Origin: TPA_inf: Saccharomyces | Taxonomy: Eukaryota | Length of the DNA: 64,000 nt | NCBI GenBank assembly: GCA_000146045.2 | Contig: BK006943.2 | Location: forward strand, 448,001 to 512,000 | Direction of reading: 5' to 3' | Part shown: positions 23,672 to 35,972 of the stretch, piece by piece | Numbering within the stretch: the first letter of the stretch is position 1 | How the letters are laid out: each line of letters starts with the position of its first letter | Made by a program: the position numbers and the translations under genes | Notes under the pieces: generated by a model | What the model saw: the letters and a program-made list of their open reading frames with translations, nothing else | What the model was told of the DNA's origin: nothing | Database searches by the model: none

Positions 23672-24158
23672 TTTTTTCGATTTTTTTGGTAAATGTATGC
23701 TATTTCAGTTACTTGTAGACTGTCGTGAAAAGAATAAAGAAAGAATCTTTTACGTCCGTTTTTTTACTTTGCCGAATATGTTTCAGTGACTCACAATTTA
23801 TCCTGACGCCGTCACAAAGGCAGCCATTCCATTGCAATAACGACACTCTGAATATTCACGAACGTTCACCAGACATTTGGAGGCAGCGTTCTAAATGCCG
23901 ATACCCGTTCAGGAGTACAGGTGTCAGTGACAGAAAAATAATGGCACCGTTGACGTCGAAAATACATCCGCGCAAATTTTGACAGGCTATTTTGGCAGCG
24001 CAATCAAAGAATAAACTTGGTATAGTAAGGAAGCCAGTTACTGTACGCATGAATTACGGTAGCTTTTTTTATTTTATTTATTTTTTTTTTTTTTGGACAA
24101 ATAGAAAAATTTTTATTATTATGTAAGATTATTGAAGTAAAAATACAATTGGACGAAT

Positions 24159-24462
24159 CTAGTTAGATTGCCAAGATGTGTTAAAAGGCAAGATTAACTT
24201 ATGAACATGATCTACAACGTCCTGGTTTTTAAATTCGAGTAAATACGCCTCCTTTTTATCTGTGAATGACAGTCCTGTTCTCCCAAGTCTTTTTACATCA
24301 TGGAGACGGGAGTTATACTCTCTCGGGTACAAGGTTCCTTCAGCATCAGAACAGATCACAAACTTTATCGCAACAACAATTCCTTTATATTCCTGGGAAA
24401 ATATGTCGGTATAGCCTACTCGAGACGGCTTCCAAACATCAGCTTTCGTTTTAACATGTTGC
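24159..24462 (-). pseudogene. Orphaned 3' fragment (about 101 codons plus a stop) of YJR030C, severed from the gene by the Ty1 array.
   Basis: If the Ty array is removed and one GTTGC copy kept, the YJR030C frame (…SVKVRQ) continues as HVKTKADVWKPSRVGYTDIF…WQSN* with no frameshift. The 111-aa ORF at 24159..24494 is this fragment plus 4 LTR-encoded codons. Confidence 0.6.
24458..24462. repeat. Left copy of the 5-bp target-site duplication GTTGC.
   Basis: GTTGC immediately precedes the LTR at 24463. An identical GTTGC follows the LTR at 35972. Confidence 0.8.
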
Positions 24463-24800
24463 TGTTGGAATAAAAATCCACTATCGTCTATCAACTAATA
24501 GTTATATTATCAATATATTATCATATACGGTGTTAAGATGATGACATAAGTTATGAGAAGCTGTCATCGAAGTTAGAGGAAGCTGAAACGCAAGGATTGA
24601 TAATGTAATAGGATCAATGAATATAAACATATAAAACGGAATGAGGAATAATCGTAATATTAGTATGTAGAAATATAGATTCCATTTTGAGGATTCCTAT
24701 ATCCTCGAGGAGAACTTCTAGTATATTCTGTATACCTAATATTATAGCCTTTATCAACAATGGAATCCCAACAATTATCTCAACATTCACATATTTCTCA
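24463..24800 (+). repeat. Ty1 LTR (delta), 338 bp, type 'A' (TGTTGGAATAAAAATCCACTATCGTC…).
   Basis: It carries the TGTTGG and TCTCA termini and contains the TYA ATG at 24760. It appears identical by eye to the LTR at 35635..35972. Confidence 0.9.
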
Positions 24801-26082
24801 TGGTAGCGCCTGTGCTTCGGTTACTTCTAAGGAAGTCCACACAAATCAAGATCCGTTAGACGTTTCAGCTTCCAAAACAGAAGAATGTGAGAAGGCTTCC
24901 ACTAAGGCTAACTCTCAACAGACAACAACACCTGCTTCATCAGCTGTTCCAGAGAACCCCCATCATGCCTCTCCTCAACCTGCTTCAGTACCACCTCCAC
25001 AGAATGGGCCGTACCCACAGCAGTGCATGATGACCCAAAACCAAGCCAATCCATCTGGTTGGTCATTTTACGGACACCCATCTATGATTCCGTATACACC
25101 TTATCAAATGTCGCCTATGTACTTTCCACCTGGGCCACAATCACAGTTTCCGCAGTATCCATCATCAGTTGGAACGCCTCTGAGCACTCCATCACCTGAG
25201 TCAGGTAATACATTTACTGATTCATCCTCAGCGGACTCTGATATGACATCCACTAAAAAATATGTCAGACCACCACCAATGTTAACCTCACCTAATGACT
25301 TTCCAAATTGGGTTAAAACATACATCAAATTTTTACAAAACTCGAATCTCGGTGGTATTATTCCGACAGTAAACGGAAAACCCGTACGTCAGATCACTGA
25401 TGATGAACTCACCTTCTTGTATAACACTTTTCAAATATTTGCTCCCTCTCAATTCCTACCTACCTGGGTCAAAGACATCCTATCCGTTGATTATACGGAT
25501 ATCATGAAAATTCTTTCCAAAAGTATTGAAAAAATGCAATCTGATACCCAAGAGGCAAACGACATTGTGACCCTGGCAAATTTGCAATATAATGGCAGTA
25601 CACCTGCAGATGCATTTGAAACAAAAGTCACAAACATTATCGACAGACTGAACAATAATGGCATTCATATCAATAACAAGGTCGCATGCCAATTAATTAT
25701 GAGAGGTCTATCTGGCGAATATAAATTTTTACGCTACACACGTCATCGACATCTAAATATGACAGTCGCTGAACTGTTCTTAGATATCCATGCTATTTAT
25801 GAAGAACAACAGGGATCGAGAAACAGCAAACCTAATTACAGGAGAAATCTGAGTGATGAGAAGAATGATTCTCGCAGCTATACGAATACAACCAAACCCA
25901 AAGTTATAGCTCGGAATCCTCAAAAAACAAATAATTCGAAATCGAAAACAGCCAGGGCTCACAATGTATCCACATCTAATAACTCTCCCAGCACGGACAA
26001 CGATTCCATCAGTAAATCAACTACTGAACCGATTCAATTGAACAATAAGCACGACCTTCACCTTAGGCCAGGAACTTACTGA
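24760..26082 (+). CDS. TYA1: Ty1 Gag (TYA), 440 aa.
   Basis: [22 protein letters not shown]… canonical Ty1 Gag. The ATG lies inside the 5' LTR. Confidence 0.95.
   Translation: MESQQLSQHSHISHGSACASVTSKEVHTNQDPLDVSASKTEECEKASTKANSQQTTTPASSAVPENPHHASPQPASVPPPQNGPYPQQCMMTQNQANPSGWSFYGHPSMIPYTPYQMSPMYFPPGPQSQFPQYPSSVGTPLSTPSPESGNTFTDSSSADSDMTSTKKYVRPPPMLTSPNDFPNWVKTYIKFLQNSNLGGIIPTVNGKPVRQITDDELTFLYNTFQIFAPSQFLPTWVKDILSVDYTDIMKILSKSIEKMQSDTQEANDIVTLANLQYNGSTPADAFETKVTNIIDRLNNNGIHINNKVACQLIMRGLSGEYKFLRYTRHRHLNMTVAELFLDIHAIYEEQQGSRNSKPNYRRNLSDEKNDSRSYTNTTKPKVIARNPQKTNNSKSKTARAHNVSTSNNSPSTDNDSISKSTTEPIQLNNKHDLHLRPGTY
26062..26068 (+). other. Ty1 +1 programmed ribosomal frameshift heptamer CUU-AGG-C.
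   Basis: Exact CTTAGGC. CTT and AGG are Gag codons 435 and 436, and GGC at 26066..26068 is in frame with the TYB ORF. Confidence 0.9.
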
Positions 26083-29000
26083 ATCTACGGTAAATCACAC
26101 TAATCATTCTGATGATGAACTCCCTGGACACCTCCTTCTCGATTCAGGAGCATCACGAACCCTTATAAGATCTGCTCATCACATACACTCAGCATCATCT
26201 AATCCTGACATAAACGTAGTTGATGCTCAAAAAAGAAATATACCAATTAACGCTATTGGTGACCTACAATTTCACTTCCAGGACAACACCAAAACATCAA
26301 TAAAGGTATTGCACACTCCTAACATAGCCTATGACTTACTCAGTTTGAATGAATTGGCTGCAGTAGATATCACAGCATGCTTTACCAAAAACGTCTTAGA
26401 ACGATCTGACGGCACTGTACTTGCACCTATCGTACAATATGGAGACTTTTACTGGGTATCTAAAAGGTACTTGCTTCCATCAAATATCTCCGTACCCACC
26501 ATCAATAATGTCCATACAAGTGAAAGTACACGCAAATATCCTTATCCTTTCATTCATCGAATGCTTGCGCATGCCAATGCACAGACAATTCGATACTCAC
26601 TTAAAAATAACACCATCACGTATTTTAACGAATCAGATGTCGACTGGTCTAGTGCTATTGACTATCAATGTCCTGATTGTTTAATCGGCAAAAGCACCAA
26701 ACACAGACATATCAAAGGTTCACGACTAAAATACCAAAATTCATACGAACCCTTTCAATACCTACATACTGACATATTTGGTCCAGTTCACAACCTACCA
26801 AAAAGTGCACCATCCTATTTCATCTCATTTACTGATGAGACAACAAAATTCCGTTGGGTTTATCCATTACACGACCGTCGCGAGGACTCTATCCTCGATG
26901 TTTTTACTACGATACTAGCTTTTATTAAGAACCAGTTTCAGGCCAGTGTCTTGGTTATACAAATGGACCGTGGTTCTGAGTATACTAACAGAACTCTCCA
27001 TAAATTCCTTGAAAAAAATGGTATAACTCCATGCTATACAACCACAGCGGATTCCCGAGCACATGGAGTCGCTGAACGGCTCAACCGTACCTTATTAGAT
27101 GACTGCCGTACTCAACTGCAATGTAGTGGTTTACCGAACCATTTATGGTTCTCTGCAATCGAATTTTCTACTATTGTGAGAAATTCACTAGCTTCACCTA
27201 AAAGCAAAAAATCTGCAAGACAACATGCTGGCTTGGCAGGACTTGATATCAGTACTTTGTTACCTTTCGGTCAACCTGTTATCGTCAATGATCACAACCC
27301 TAACTCCAAAATACATCCTCGTGGCATCCCAGGTTACGCTCTACATCCGTCTCGAAACTCTTATGGATATATCATCTATCTTCCATCCTTAAAGAAGACA
27401 GTAGATACAACTAACTATGTTATTCTTCAGGGCAAGGAATCCAGATTAGATCAATTCAATTACGACGCACTCACTTTCGATGAAGACTTAAACCGTTTAA
27501 CTGCTTCATATCAATCGTTCATTGCGTCAAATGAGATCCAAGAATCCAATGATCTTAACATAGAATCTGACCATGACTTCCAATCTGACATTGAACTACA
27601 TCCTGAGCAACCGAGAAATGTCCTTTCAAAAGCTGTGAGTCCAACCGATTCCACACCTCCGTCAACTCATACTGAAGATTCGAAACGTGTTTCTAAAACC
27701 AATATTCGCGCACCCAGAGAAGTTGACCCCAACATATCTGAATCTAATATTCTTCCATCAAAGAAGAGATCTAGCACCCCCCAAATTTCCAATATCGAGA
27801 GTACCGGTTCGGGTGGTATGCATAAATTAAATGTTCCTTTACTTGCTCCCATGTCCCAATCTAACACACATGAGTCGTCGCACGCCAGTAAATCTAAAGA
27901 TTTCAGACACTCAGACTCGTACAGTGAAAATGAGACTAATCATACAAACGTACCAATATCCAGTACGGGTGGTACCAACAACAAAACTGTTCCGCAGATA
28001 AGTGACCAAGAGACTGAGAAAAGGATTATACACCGTTCACCTTCAATCGATGCTTCTCCACCGGAAAATAATTCATCGCACAATATTGTTCCTATCAAAA
28101 CGCCAACTACTGTTTCTGAACAGAATACCGAGGAATCTATCATCGCTGATCTCCCACTCCCTGATCTACCTCCAGAATCTCCTACCGAATTCCCTGACCC
28201 ATTTAAAGAACTCCCACCGATAAATTCTCATCAAACTAATTCCAGTTTGGGTGGTATTGGTGACTCTAATGCCTATACTACTATCAACAGTAAGAAAAGA
28301 TCATTAGAAGATAATGAAACTGAAATTAAGGTATCACGAGACACATGGAATACTAAGAATATGCGTAGTTTAGAACCTCCGAGATCGAAGAAACGAATTC
28401 ACCTGATTGCAGCTGTAAAAGCAGTAAAATCAATCAAACCAATACGGACAACCTTACGATACGATGAGGCAATCACCTATAATAAAGATATTAAAGAAAA
28501 AGAAAAATATATCGAGGCATACCACAAAGAAGTCAATCAACTGTTGAAGATGAAAACTTGGGACACTGACGAATATTATGACAGAAAAGAAATAGACCCT
28601 AAAAGAGTAATAAACTCAATGTTTATCTTCAACAAGAAACGTGACGGTACTCATAAAGCTAGATTTGTTGCAAGAGGTGACATTCAGCATCCTGATACGT
28701 ACGATACAGGTATGCAATCCAACACTGTACATCATTATGCGTTGATGACATCCCTGTCACTTGCATTAGACAATAACTACTATATTACACAATTAGACAT
28801 ATCTTCGGCATATTTGTATGCAGACATCAAAGAAGAATTATACATAAGACCTCCACCACATTTAGGAATGAATGATAAGTTGATACGTTTGAAGAAATCA
28901 CATTATGGATTGAAACAAAGTGGAGCGAACTGGTACGAAACTATCAAATCATACCTGATAAAACAGTGTGGTATGGAAGAAGTTCGTGGATGGTCATGCG

Positions 29001-30028
29001 TATTTAAGAATAGTCAAGTAACAATTTGCTTATTCGTTGATGATATGATATTGTTCAGCAAAGACTTAAATGCAAATAAGAAAATCATAACAACACTCAA
29101 GAAACAATACGATACAAAGATAATAAATCTGGGTGAAAGTGATAACGAAATTCAGTACGACATACTTGGCTTAGAAATCAAATATCAAAGAGGTAAATAC
29201 ATGAAATTAGGTATGGAAAACTCATTAACTGAGAAAATACCCAAATTAAACGTACCTTTGAATCCAAAAGGAAGAAAACTTAGCGCTCCAGGTCAACCAG
29301 GTCTTTATATAGACCAGGATGAACTAGAAATAGATGAAGATGAATACAAAGAGAAGGTACATGAAATGCAAAAGTTGATTGGTCTAGCTTCATATGTTGG
29401 ATATAAATTTAGATTTGACTTACTATACTACATCAACACACTTGCTCAACATATACTATTCCCCTCTAGGCAAGTTTTAGACATGACATATGAGTTAATA
29501 CAATTCATGTGGGACACTAGAGATAAACAACTGATATGGCACAAAAACAAACCTACCGAGCCAGATAATAAACTAGTCGCAATAAGCGATGCTTCATATG
29601 GTAACCAACCATATTACAAGTCACAAATTGGTAACATTTTCCTACTCAACGGAAAAGTGATTGGAGGAAAGTCGACAAAGGCTTCATTAACATGTACTTC
29701 AACTACGGAAGCAGAAATACACGCGATAAGTGAATCTGTCCCATTATTAAATAATCTAAGTTACCTGATACAAGAACTTAACAAGAAACCAATTATTAAA
29801 GGCTTACTTACTGATAGTAGATCAACGATCAGTATAATTAAGTCTACAAATGAAGAGAAATTTAGAAACAGATTTTTTGGCACAAAGGCAATGAGACTTA
29901 GAGATGAAGTATCAGGTAATAATTTATACGTATACTACATCGAGACCAAGAAGAACATTGCTGATGTGATGACAAAACCTCTTCCGATAAAAACATTTAA
30001 ACTATTAACTAACAAATGGATTCATTAG
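26066..30028 (+). CDS. TYB1: Ty1 Pol (TYB) reading frame encoding protease, integrase and reverse transcriptase/RNase H. It is expressed as Gag-Pol join(24760..26064,26066..30028), 1755 aa.
   Basis: The frame is open from the frameshift site to 30028. Integrase HHCC and DD35E motifs and the RT YVDDM motif (FVDDMILFS) are present. Confidence 0.9.
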   Translation, partial: GQELTESTVNHTNHSDDELPGHLLLDSGASRTLIRSAHHIHSASSNPDINVVDAQKRNIPINAIGDLQFHFQDNTKTSIKVLHTPNIAYDLLSLNELAAVDITACFTKNVLERSDGTVLAPIVQYGDFYWVSKRYLLPSNISVPTINNVHTSESTRKYPYPFIHRMLAHANAQTIRYSLKNNTITYFNESDVDWSSAIDYQCPDCLIGKSTKHRHIKGSRLKYQNSYEPFQYLHTDIFGPVHNLPKSAPSYFISFTDETTKFRWVYPLHDRREDSILDVFTTILAFIKNQFQASVLVIQMDRGSEYTNRTLHKFLEKNGITPCYTTTADSRAHGVAERLNRTLLDDCRTQLQCSGLPNHLWFSAIEFSTIVRNSLASPKSKKSARQHAGLAGLDISTLLPFGQPVIVNDHNPNSKIHPRGIPGYALHPSRNSYGYIIYLPSLKKTVDTTNYVILQGKESRLDQFNYDALTFDEDLNRLTASYQSFIASNEIQESNDLNIESDHDFQSDIELHPEQPRNVLSKAVSPTDSTPPSTHTEDSKRVSKTNIRAPREVDPNISESNILPSKKRSSTPQISNIESTGSGGMHKLNVPLLAPMSQSNTHESSHASKSKDFRHSDSYSENETNHTNVPISSTGGTNNKTVPQISDQETEKRIIHRSPSIDASPPENNSSHNIVPIKTPTTVSEQNTEESIIADLPLPDLPPESPTEFPDPFKELPPINSHQTNSSLGGIGDSNAYTTINSKKRSLEDNETEIKVSRDTWNTKNMRSLEPPRSKKRIHLIAAVKAVKSIKPIRTTLRYDEAITYNKDIKEKEKYIEAYHKEVNQLLKMKTWDTDEYYDRKEIDPKRVINSMFIFNKKRDGTHKARFVARGDIQHPDTYDTGMQSNTVHHYALMTSLSLALDNNYYITQLDISSAYLYADIKEELYIRPPPHLGMNDKLIRLKKSHYGLKQSGANWYETIKSYLIKQCGMEEVRGWSCVFKNSQVTICLFVDDMILFSKDLNANKKIITTLKKQYDTKIINLGESDNEIQYDILGLEIKYQRGKYMKLGMENSLTEKIPKLNVPLNPKGRKLSAPGQPGLYIDQDELEIDEDEYKEKVHEMQKLIGLASYVGYKFRFDLLYYINTLAQHILFPSRQVLDMTYELIQFMWDTRDKQLIWHKNKPTEPDNKLVAISDASYGNQPYYKSQIGNIFLLNGKVIGGKSTKASLTCTSTTEAEIHAISESVPLLNNLSYLIQELNKKPIIKGLLTDSRSTISIIKSTNEEKFRNRFFGTKAMRLRDEVSGNNLYVYYIETKKNIADVMTKPLPIKTFKLLTNKWIH

Positions 30029-30050
30029 ATCTATTACATTATGGGTGGTA

Positions 30051-30382
30051 TGTTGGAATAGAAATCAACTATCATCTACTAACTAGTATTTACATTACTA
30101 GTATATTATCATATACGGTGTTAGAAGATGACGCAAATGATGAGAAATAGTCATCTAAATTAGTGGAAGCTGAAACGCAAGGATTGATAATGTAATAGGA
30201 TCAATGAATATAAACATATAAAATGATGATAATAATATTTATAGAATTGTGTAGAATTGCAGATTCCCTTTTATGGATTCCTAAATCCTTGAGGAGAACT
30301 TCTAGTATATTCTGTATACCTAATATTATAGCCTTTATCAACAATGGAATCCCAACAATTATCTCAACATTCACATATTTCT
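30051..30382 (+). repeat. Shared central Ty1 LTR, 332 bp, type 'B' (TGTTGGAATAGAAATCAACTATCATCTACTAAC…).
   Basis: Its U3 region differs from the two outer LTRs at many positions. The R/U5 end is identical. Confidence 0.9.
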
Positions 30383-31666
30383 CATGGTAGCGCCTGTGCT
30401 TCGGTTACTTCTAAGGAAGTCCACACAAATCAAGATCCGTTAGACGTTTCAGCTTCCAAAACAGAAGAATGTGAGAAGGCTTCCACTAAGGCTAACTCTC
30501 AACAGACAACAACACCTGCTTCATCAGCTGTTCCAGAGAACCCCCATCATGCCTCTCCTCAAACTGCTCAGTCACATTCACCACAGAATGGGCCGTACCC
30601 ACAGCAGTGCATGATGACCCAAAACCAAGCCAATCCATCTGGTTGGTCATTTTACGGACACCCATCTATGATTCCGTATACACCTTATCAAATGTCGCCT
30701 ATGTACTTTCCACCTGGGCCACAATCACAGTTTCCGCAGTATCCATCATCAGTTGGAACGCCTCTGAGCACTCCATCACCTGAGTCAGGTAATACATTTA
30801 CTGATTCATCCTCAGCGGACTCTGATATGACATCCACTAAAAAATATGTCAGACCACCACCAATGTTAACCTCACCTAATGACTTTCCAAATTGGGTTAA
30901 AACATACATCAAATTTTTACAAAACTCGAATCTCGGTGGTATTATTCCGACAGTAAACGGAAAACCCGTACGTCAGATCACTGATGATGAACTCACCTTC
31001 TTGTATAACACTTTTCAAATATTTGCTCCCTCTCAATTCCTACCTACCTGGGTCAAAGACATCCTATCCGTTGATTATACGGATATCATGAAAATTCTTT
31101 CCAAAAGTATTGAAAAAATGCAATCTGATACCCAAGAGGCAAACGACATTGTGACCCTGGCAAATTTGCAATATAATGGCAGTACACCTGCAGATGCATT
31201 TGAAACAAAAGTCACAAACATTATCGACAGACTGAACAATAATGGCATTCATATCAATAACAAGGTCGCATGCCAATTAATTATGAGAGGTCTATCTGGC
31301 GAATATAAATTTTTACGCTACACACGTCATCGACATCTAAATATGACAGTCGCTGAACTGTTCTTAGATATCCATGCTATTTATGAAGAACAACAGGGAT
31401 CGAGAAACAGTAAACCTAATTACAGGAGAAATCCGAGTGATGAGAAGAATGATTCTCGCAGCTATACGAATACAACCAAACCCAAAGTTATAGCTCGGAA
31501 TCCTCAAAAAACAAATAATTCGAAATCGAAAACAGCCAGGGCTCACAATGTATCCACATCTAATAACTCTCCCAGCACGGACAACGATTCCATCAGTAAA
31601 TCAACTACTGAACCGATTCAATTGAACAATAAGCACGACCTTCATCTTAGGCCAGAAACTTACTGA
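30344..31666 (+). CDS. TYA1: Ty1 Gag (TYA), copy 2, 440 aa.
   Basis: Differs from copy 1 at a few residues, for example …[14 protein letters not shown]… versus …[14 protein letters not shown]…. Confidence 0.95.
   Translation: MESQQLSQHSHISHGSACASVTSKEVHTNQDPLDVSASKTEECEKASTKANSQQTTTPASSAVPENPHHASPQTAQSHSPQNGPYPQQCMMTQNQANPSGWSFYGHPSMIPYTPYQMSPMYFPPGPQSQFPQYPSSVGTPLSTPSPESGNTFTDSSSADSDMTSTKKYVRPPPMLTSPNDFPNWVKTYIKFLQNSNLGGIIPTVNGKPVRQITDDELTFLYNTFQIFAPSQFLPTWVKDILSVDYTDIMKILSKSIEKMQSDTQEANDIVTLANLQYNGSTPADAFETKVTNIIDRLNNNGIHINNKVACQLIMRGLSGEYKFLRYTRHRHLNMTVAELFLDIHAIYEEQQGSRNSKPNYRRNPSDEKNDSRSYTNTTKPKVIARNPQKTNNSKSKTARAHNVSTSNNSPSTDNDSISKSTTEPIQLNNKHDLHLRPETY
31646..31652 (+). other. Ty1 +1 frameshift heptamer CUU-AGG-C, copy 2.
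   Basis: Exact CTTAGGC in the Gag frame. Confidence 0.9.
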
Positions 31667-34600
31667 ATCTACAGTAAATCATACTAATCATTCTGATGAT
31701 GAACTCCCTGGACACCTCCTTCTCGATTCAGGAGCATCACGAACCCTTATAAGATCTGCTCATCACATACACTCAGCATCATCTAATCCTGACATAAACG
31801 TAGTTGATGCTCAAAAAAGAAATATACCAATTAACGCTATTGGTGACCTACAATTTCACTTCCAGGACAACACCAAAACATCAATAAAGGTATTGCACAC
31901 TCCTAACATAGCCTATGACTTACTCAGTTTGAATGAATTGGCTGCAGTAGATATCACAGCATGCTTTACCAAAAACGTCTTAGAACGGTCTGACGGCACT
32001 GTACTTGCACCTATCGTAAAATATGGAGACTTTTACTGGGTATCTAAAAAGTACTTGCTTCCATCAAATATCTCCGTACCCACCATCAATAATGTCCATA
32101 CAAGTGAAAGTACACGCAAATATCCTTATCCTTTCATTCATCGAATGCTTGCGCATGCCAATGCACAGACAATTCGATACTCACTTAAAAATAACACCAT
32201 CACGTATTTTAACGAATCAGATGTCGACTGGTCTAGTGCTATTGACTATCAATGTCCTGATTGTTTAATCGGCAAAAGCACCAAACACAGACATATCAAA
32301 GGTTCACGACTAAAATACCAAAATTCATACGAACCCTTTCAATACCTACATACTGACATATTTGGTCCAGTTCACAACCTACCAAAAAGTGCACCATCCT
32401 ATTTCATCTCATTTACTGATGAGACAACAAAATTCCGTTGGGTTTATCCATTACACGACCGTCGCGAGGACTCTATCCTCGATGTTTTTACTACGATACT
32501 AGCTTTTATTAAGAACCAGTTTCAGGCCAGTGTCTTGGTTATACAAATGGACCGTGGTTCTGAGTATACTAACAGAACTCTCCATAAATTCCTTGAAAAA
32601 AATGGTATAACTCCATGCTATACAACCACAGCGGATTCCCGAGCACATGGAGTCGCTGAACGGCTCAACCGTACCTTATTAGATGACTGCCGTACTCAAC
32701 TGCAATGTAGTGGTTTACCGAACCATTTATGGTTCTCTGCAATCGAATTTTCTACTATTGTGAGAAATTCACTAGCTTCACCTAAAAGCAAAAAATCTGC
32801 AAGACAACATGCTGGCTTGGCAGGACTTGATATCAGTACTTTGTTACCTTTCGGTCAACCTGTTATCGTCAATGATCACAACCCTAACTCCAAAATACAT
32901 CCTCGTGGCATCCCAGGCTACGCTCTACATCCGTCTCGAAACTCTTATGGATATATCATCTATCTTCCATCCTTAAAGAAGACAGTAGATACAACTAACT
33001 ATGTTATTCTTCAGGGCAAGGAATCCAGATTAGATCAATTCAATTACGACGCACTCACTTTCGATGAAGACTTAAACCGTTTAACTGCTTCATATCAATC
33101 GTTCATTGCGTCAAATGAGATCCAACAATCCGATGATCTTAACATAGAATCTGACCATGACTTCCAATCTGACATCGAACTACATCCTGAGCAACCGAGA
33201 AATGTCCTTTCAAAAGCTGTGAGTCCAACCGATTCCACACCTCCGTCAACTCATACTGAAGATTCGAAACGTGTTTCTAAAACCAATATTCGCGCACCCA
33301 GAGAAGTTGACCCCAACATATCTGAATCTAATATTCTTCCATCAAAGAAGAGATCTAGCACCCCCCAAATTTCCAATATCGAGAGTACCGGTTCGGGTGG
33401 TATGCATAAATTAAATGTTCCTTTACTTGCTCCCATGTCCCAATCTAACACACATGAGTCGTCGCACGCCAGTAAATCTAAAGATTTCAGACACTCAGAC
33501 TCGTACAGTGAAAATGAGACTAATCATACAAACGTACCAATATCCAGTACGGGTGGTACCAACAACAAAACTGTTCCGCAGATAAGTGACCAAGAGACTG
33601 AGAAAAGGATTATACACCGTTCACCTTCAATCGATGCTTCTCCACCGGAAAATAATTCATCGCACAATATTGTTCCTATCAAAACGCCAACTACTGTTTC
33701 TGAACAGAATACCGAGGAATCTATCATCGCTGATCTCCCACTCCCTGATCTACCTCCAGAATCTCCTACCGAATTCCCTGACCCATTTAAAGAACTCCCA
33801 CCGATCAATTCTCGTCAAACTAATTCCAGTTTGGGTGGTATTGGTGACTCTAATGCCTATACTACTATCAACAGTAAGAAAAGATCATTAGAAGATAATG
33901 AAACTGAAATTAAGGTATCACGAGACACATGGAATACTAAGAATATGCGTAGTTTAGAACCTCCGAGATCGAAGAAACGAATTCACCTGATTGCAGCTGT
34001 AAAAGCAGTAAAATCAATCAAACCAATACGGACAACCTTACGATACGATGAGGCAATCACCTATAATAAAGATATTAAAGAAAAAGAAAAATATATCGAG
34101 GCATACCACAAAGAAGTCAATCAACTGTTGAAGATGAAAACTTGGGACACTGACGAATATTATGACAGAAAAGAAATAGACCCTAAAAGAGTAATAAACT
34201 CAATGTTTATCTTCAACAAGAAACGTGACGGTACTCATAAAGCTAGATTTGTTGCAAGAGGTGATATTCAGCATCCTGACACTTACGACTCAGGCATGCA
34301 ATCCAATACCGTACATCACTATGCATTAATGACATCCCTGTCACTTGCATTAGACAATAACTACTATATTACACAATTAGACATATCTTCGGCATATTTG
34401 TATGCAGACATCAAAGAAGAATTATACATAAGACCTCCACCACATTTAGGAATGAATGATAAGTTGATACGTTTGAAGAAATCACTTTATGGATTGAAAC
34501 AAAGTGGAGCGAACTGGTACGAAACTATCAAATCATACCTGATACAACAATGTGGTATGGAAGAAGTTCGTGGATGGTCATGCGTATTTAAAAACAGTCA

Positions 34601-35612
34601 AGTGACAATTTGTTTATTCGTAGATGATATGGTATTGTTTAGCAAAAATCTAAATTCAAACAAAAGAATTATAGAGAAGCTTAAGATGCAATACGACACC
34701 AAGATTATAAATCTAGGCGAAAGTGATGAGGAAATTCAATATGACATTCTTGGCTTGGAAATCAAATACCAAAGAGGTAAATACATGAAATTGGGTATGG
34801 AAAACTCATTAACTGAAAAAATACCCAAACTAAACGTACCTTTAAACCCAAAAGGAAGGAAACTTAGTGCTCCAGGTCAACCAGGTCTATATATAGACCA
34901 GCAAGAACTAGAGCTAGAAGAAGATGATTACAAAATGAAGGTACATGAAATGCAAAAGCTGATAGGTCTAGCATCATATGTTGGATATAAATTTAGATTT
35001 GACCTATTATACTACATCAACACACTTGCACAACATATACTATTTCCGTCCAAGCAAGTGTTAGATATGACATATGAATTGATACAGTTCATATGGAATA
35101 CGAGAGATAAGCAATTAATATGGCACAAAAGCAAACCTGTTAAGCCAACAAATAAATTAGTTGTTATAAGCGATGCCTCGTATGGCAACCAACCGTATTA
35201 TAAATCACAAATTGGCAACATATATTTACTTAATGGAAAGGTAATTGGAGGAAAGTCCACCAAGGCTTCATTAACATGTACTTCAACTACGGAAGCAGAA
35301 ATACACGCGATAAGTGAATCTGTCCCATTATTAAATAATCTAAGTTACCTGATACAAGAACTTGACAAGAAACCAATTACCAAAGGATTACTAACCGACA
35401 GTAAATCTACAATCAGTATAATTATATCCAATAATGAAGAGAAATTTAGGAACAGATTTTTTGGTACTAAAGCAATGAGATTGAGAGATGAAGTATCAGG
35501 AAATCATCTGCACGTATGCTATATCGAAACCAAAAAGAATATTGCAGACGTAATGACCAAACCTCTTCCGATAAAAACATTCAAACTATTAACAAACAAA
35601 TGGATTCATTAG
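31650..35612 (+). CDS. TYB1: Ty1 Pol (TYB) reading frame, copy 2. Gag-Pol is join(30344..31648,31650..35612).
   Basis: Intact frame. Its amino-acid differences from copy 1 are clustered in the RT/RNase H C-terminal third. Confidence 0.9.
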   Translation, partial: GQKLTESTVNHTNHSDDELPGHLLLDSGASRTLIRSAHHIHSASSNPDINVVDAQKRNIPINAIGDLQFHFQDNTKTSIKVLHTPNIAYDLLSLNELAAVDITACFTKNVLERSDGTVLAPIVKYGDFYWVSKKYLLPSNISVPTINNVHTSESTRKYPYPFIHRMLAHANAQTIRYSLKNNTITYFNESDVDWSSAIDYQCPDCLIGKSTKHRHIKGSRLKYQNSYEPFQYLHTDIFGPVHNLPKSAPSYFISFTDETTKFRWVYPLHDRREDSILDVFTTILAFIKNQFQASVLVIQMDRGSEYTNRTLHKFLEKNGITPCYTTTADSRAHGVAERLNRTLLDDCRTQLQCSGLPNHLWFSAIEFSTIVRNSLASPKSKKSARQHAGLAGLDISTLLPFGQPVIVNDHNPNSKIHPRGIPGYALHPSRNSYGYIIYLPSLKKTVDTTNYVILQGKESRLDQFNYDALTFDEDLNRLTASYQSFIASNEIQQSDDLNIESDHDFQSDIELHPEQPRNVLSKAVSPTDSTPPSTHTEDSKRVSKTNIRAPREVDPNISESNILPSKKRSSTPQISNIESTGSGGMHKLNVPLLAPMSQSNTHESSHASKSKDFRHSDSYSENETNHTNVPISSTGGTNNKTVPQISDQETEKRIIHRSPSIDASPPENNSSHNIVPIKTPTTVSEQNTEESIIADLPLPDLPPESPTEFPDPFKELPPINSRQTNSSLGGIGDSNAYTTINSKKRSLEDNETEIKVSRDTWNTKNMRSLEPPRSKKRIHLIAAVKAVKSIKPIRTTLRYDEAITYNKDIKEKEKYIEAYHKEVNQLLKMKTWDTDEYYDRKEIDPKRVINSMFIFNKKRDGTHKARFVARGDIQHPDTYDSGMQSNTVHHYALMTSLSLALDNNYYITQLDISSAYLYADIKEELYIRPPPHLGMNDKLIRLKKSLYGLKQSGANWYETIKSYLIQQCGMEEVRGWSCVFKNSQVTICLFVDDMVLFSKNLNSNKRIIEKLKMQYDTKIINLGESDEEIQYDILGLEIKYQRGKYMKLGMENSLTEKIPKLNVPLNPKGRKLSAPGQPGLYIDQQELELEEDDYKMKVHEMQKLIGLASYVGYKFRFDLLYYINTLAQHILFPSKQVLDMTYELIQFIWNTRDKQLIWHKSKPVKPTNKLVVISDASYGNQPYYKSQIGNIYLLNGKVIGGKSTKASLTCTSTTEAEIHAISESVPLLNNLSYLIQELDKKPITKGLLTDSKSTISIIISNNEEKFRNRFFGTKAMRLRDEVSGNHLHVCYIETKKNIADVMTKPLPIKTFKLLTNKWIH

Positions 35613-35634
35613 ATCTATTACATTATGGGTGGTA

Positions 35635-35972
35635 TGTTGGAATAAAAATCCACTATCGTCTATCAACTAATAGTTATATTATCAATATATTATCATATAC
35701 GGTGTTAAGATGATGACATAAGTTATGAGAAGCTGTCATCGAAGTTAGAGGAAGCTGAAACGCAAGGATTGATAATGTAATAGGATCAATGAATATAAAC
35801 ATATAAAACGGAATGAGGAATAATCGTAATATTAGTATGTAGAAATATAGATTCCATTTTGAGGATTCCTATATCCTCGAGGAGAACTTCTAGTATATTC
35901 TGTATACCTAATATTATAGCCTTTATCAACAATGGAATCCCAACAATTATCTCAACATTCACATATTTCTCA
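35635..35972 (+). repeat. Ty1 LTR, 338 bp, type 'A', the 3' LTR of copy 2.
   Basis: It is preceded by the polypurine tract TGGGTGGTA and followed by the target-site duplication GTTGC at 35973..35977. Confidence 0.9.

Larger units (their letters stand above)
24463..30382 (+). mobile_element. Full-length Ty1 LTR retrotransposon, copy 1 (5920 bp, YJRWTy1-1-like). Its 5' LTR is 24463..24800 and its 3' LTR is 30051..30382, which is shared with copy 2.
   Basis: The LTRs run TGTTGG…TCTCA. The tRNAiMet primer-binding site TGGTAGCGCC is at 24801..24810 and the polypurine tract TGGGTGGTA at 30042..30050. TYA and TYB are intact and carry the +1 frameshift heptamer. Confidence 0.95.
30051..35972 (+). 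mobile_element. Full-length Ty1 LTR retrotransposon, copy 2 (5922 bp, YJRWTy1-2-like), in direct tandem with copy 1.
   Basis: Its 5' LTR is the same 30051..30382 LTR that ends copy 1. The primer-binding site is at 30383..30392, the polypurine tract at 35626..35634, and the 3' LTR at 35635..35972. Confidence 0.95.

Noticed and set aside
24062-24105. Long T-rich tract (tttttttattttatttatttttttttttttt) as a possible ARS consensus element.
   Set aside because: The best matches to WTTTAYRTTTW are 10/11 with a mismatch at the R position. Without a B-element context I cannot support an ARS call.
23672-24462. Looked for a tRNA gene next to the Ty1 insertion site, because Ty1 usually integrates upstream of Pol III genes.
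   Set aside because: I found no A-box/B-box or GGTTCGA-type T-arm and no cloverleaf-compatible sequence in the 800 bp to the left of the array or the first kb to the right. This insertion is within a Pol II gene's 3' end instead.
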